This document shows positions 63,299-64,000 of a stretch of 64,000 nucleotides of DNA, piece after piece. The notes under the pieces were generated by a model, which was not told the DNA's origin, made no database searches, and worked only from the letters and a program-made list of their open reading frames with translations. Source of the stretch: a virus (taxonomy: Duplodnaviria; Caudoviricetes). How positions within the stretch are numbered: the stretch's first letter is position 1; each line of letters opens with the position of its first letter. The DNA is taken from IMG/VR virus record IMGVR_UViG_3300043429_000757, positions 1,022-65,021 of that record. One strand, written 5' to 3'. The translations under genes were made by a program, and so were the position numbers.

Positions 63299-63751
63299 GG
63301 AACGAATTGTATTTCAACTGCGAAAAATTTTTGGGCCAAATCGAGGTTTTTTAGAAGGGGGTGGTTTTCATGGAACAAGAAAACTGTTTCGCGGCCCACT
63401 GACAGCGCAAAACCGGGCCAAGGCCGGCGCAGCCTGGGCAGCGGCCCGTTTTTTGGACCCTGGGTCCGGGTGGGGGGTCCGGGCGCCGCGGTCCGCGGAC
63501 CAGGCGCCGGGCGCCGCGGCCACCAGGCGCGCACCAGGTAACGCGGCCACCTGGTCGGCGGCCTGGTCGACCAGGTGCACGGGCCGCGGACCTGGTTTGC
63601 ATGTACATGCAAACATGGGCCACCAGCTGCAGGACCAGGCGCGCCGGCCTGGTCGACCTGGTGCGAGATACCAGGCGCGCGGACCAGGCGCCAGGTGGCC
63701 GTGGCTCACGGCCTGGCACGGCCGGCGGCCGGCCTGGTGGGTTAATGGGGC
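63299..63751. other. Non-coding probable genome-end/packaging region: A/T-tract segment followed by GC-rich, palindrome- and CCWGG-rich segment
   Basis: AAAAATTTTT, G-runs, 2x GTTTTCATGGAAC (63291, 63364), palindromes CCTGGTCGACCAGG (63562-63575) and GTTTGCATGTACATGCAAAC (63595-63614). Confidence 0.55.
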
Positions 63752-64000
63752 TCGACCAGGTGGGCCGGCTGCAGCTCGACCAGGTGGTGACCAGGACGTC
63801 GACCAGGTGGGCCGGCTGCAGCTCGACCAGGTGGTGACCAGGACGTCGACCAGGTGGGCCGGCTGCAGCTCGACCAGGTGGTGACCAGGACGTCGACCAG
63901 GTGGGCCGGCTGCAGCTCGACCAGGTGGTGACCAGGACGTCGACCAGGTGGGCCGGCTGCAGCTCGACCAGGTGGTGACCAGGACGTCGACCAGGTGGGC
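63752..64000. repeat. Perfect 47-bp tandem repeat, at least 5.3 copies, cut by window end
   Basis: Unit TCGACCAGGTGGGCCGGCTGCAGCTCGACCAGGTGGTGACCAGGACG starting 63752, 63799, 63846, 63893, 63940, 63987. Confidence 0.95.

Noticed and set aside
63065-63884. ORFs 63065-63541, 63264-63884, 63295-63612, 63351-63719, 63368-63709, 63601-63837
   Set aside because: Low-complexity Arg/Pro/Gly translations of GC-rich stop-poor repeat DNA, no RBS
63752-64000. CRISPR array
   Set aside because: Units are identical end to end with no unique spacers; no cas genes
1-64000. Integrated prophage / lysogeny module
   Set aside because: No integrase, CI/Cro pair, att-like duplication or host housekeeping genes in the window; cannot exclude them outside it
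1-64000. Phage-encoded DNA methyltransferase explaining the CCWGG enrichment
   Set aside because: No ORF with C5 (PCQ/ENV) or N6/N4 (DPPY/NPPY) motifs recognised; any methylation would be host-derived or encoded outside the window

Overview
The window is most or nearly all of a GC-rich tailed dsDNA phage genome with podovirus-like architecture: portal, adaptors, nozzle and four large internal/ejection proteins, but no sheath, tube or classic tape measure. The recurrent AGAAAGGAG ribosome-binding sites and a CTGT-N8-ACAG box suggest a betaproteobacterial host (inference). Almost all genes are on the minus strand. From high to low coordinate: terminal non-coding/repeat region, HNH-like protein, TerL, a 1460-aa polyvalent protein, portal, GroES-like protein, scaffold, MCP, adaptors, two beta-helical fibres, holin/endolysin, nozzle and ejection proteins. 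Then come a plus-strand SNF2 helicase and nuclease pair, SSB, AEP primase, SF1 helicase, PolA, about 30 small accessory genes, an AT-rich inverted-repeat origin candidate, TerS, a resolvase-like nuclease and early genes including DUF932. I saw no integrase, tRNA, CRISPR or reverse transcriptase. Three unexplained signals stand out. (1) Both window ends are saturated with CCWGG words, including a 47-bp tandem array and coding DNA almost free of GAG/CTC. (2) A short hydrophobic-[AKE]-x-G-G peptide motif is shared by at least six head-associated proteins and punctuates the polyvalent protein into modules. (3) Several structured RNA elements sit at RBSs or in intergenic gaps. All counts are manual and all family assignments come from motif recognition, not database searches.
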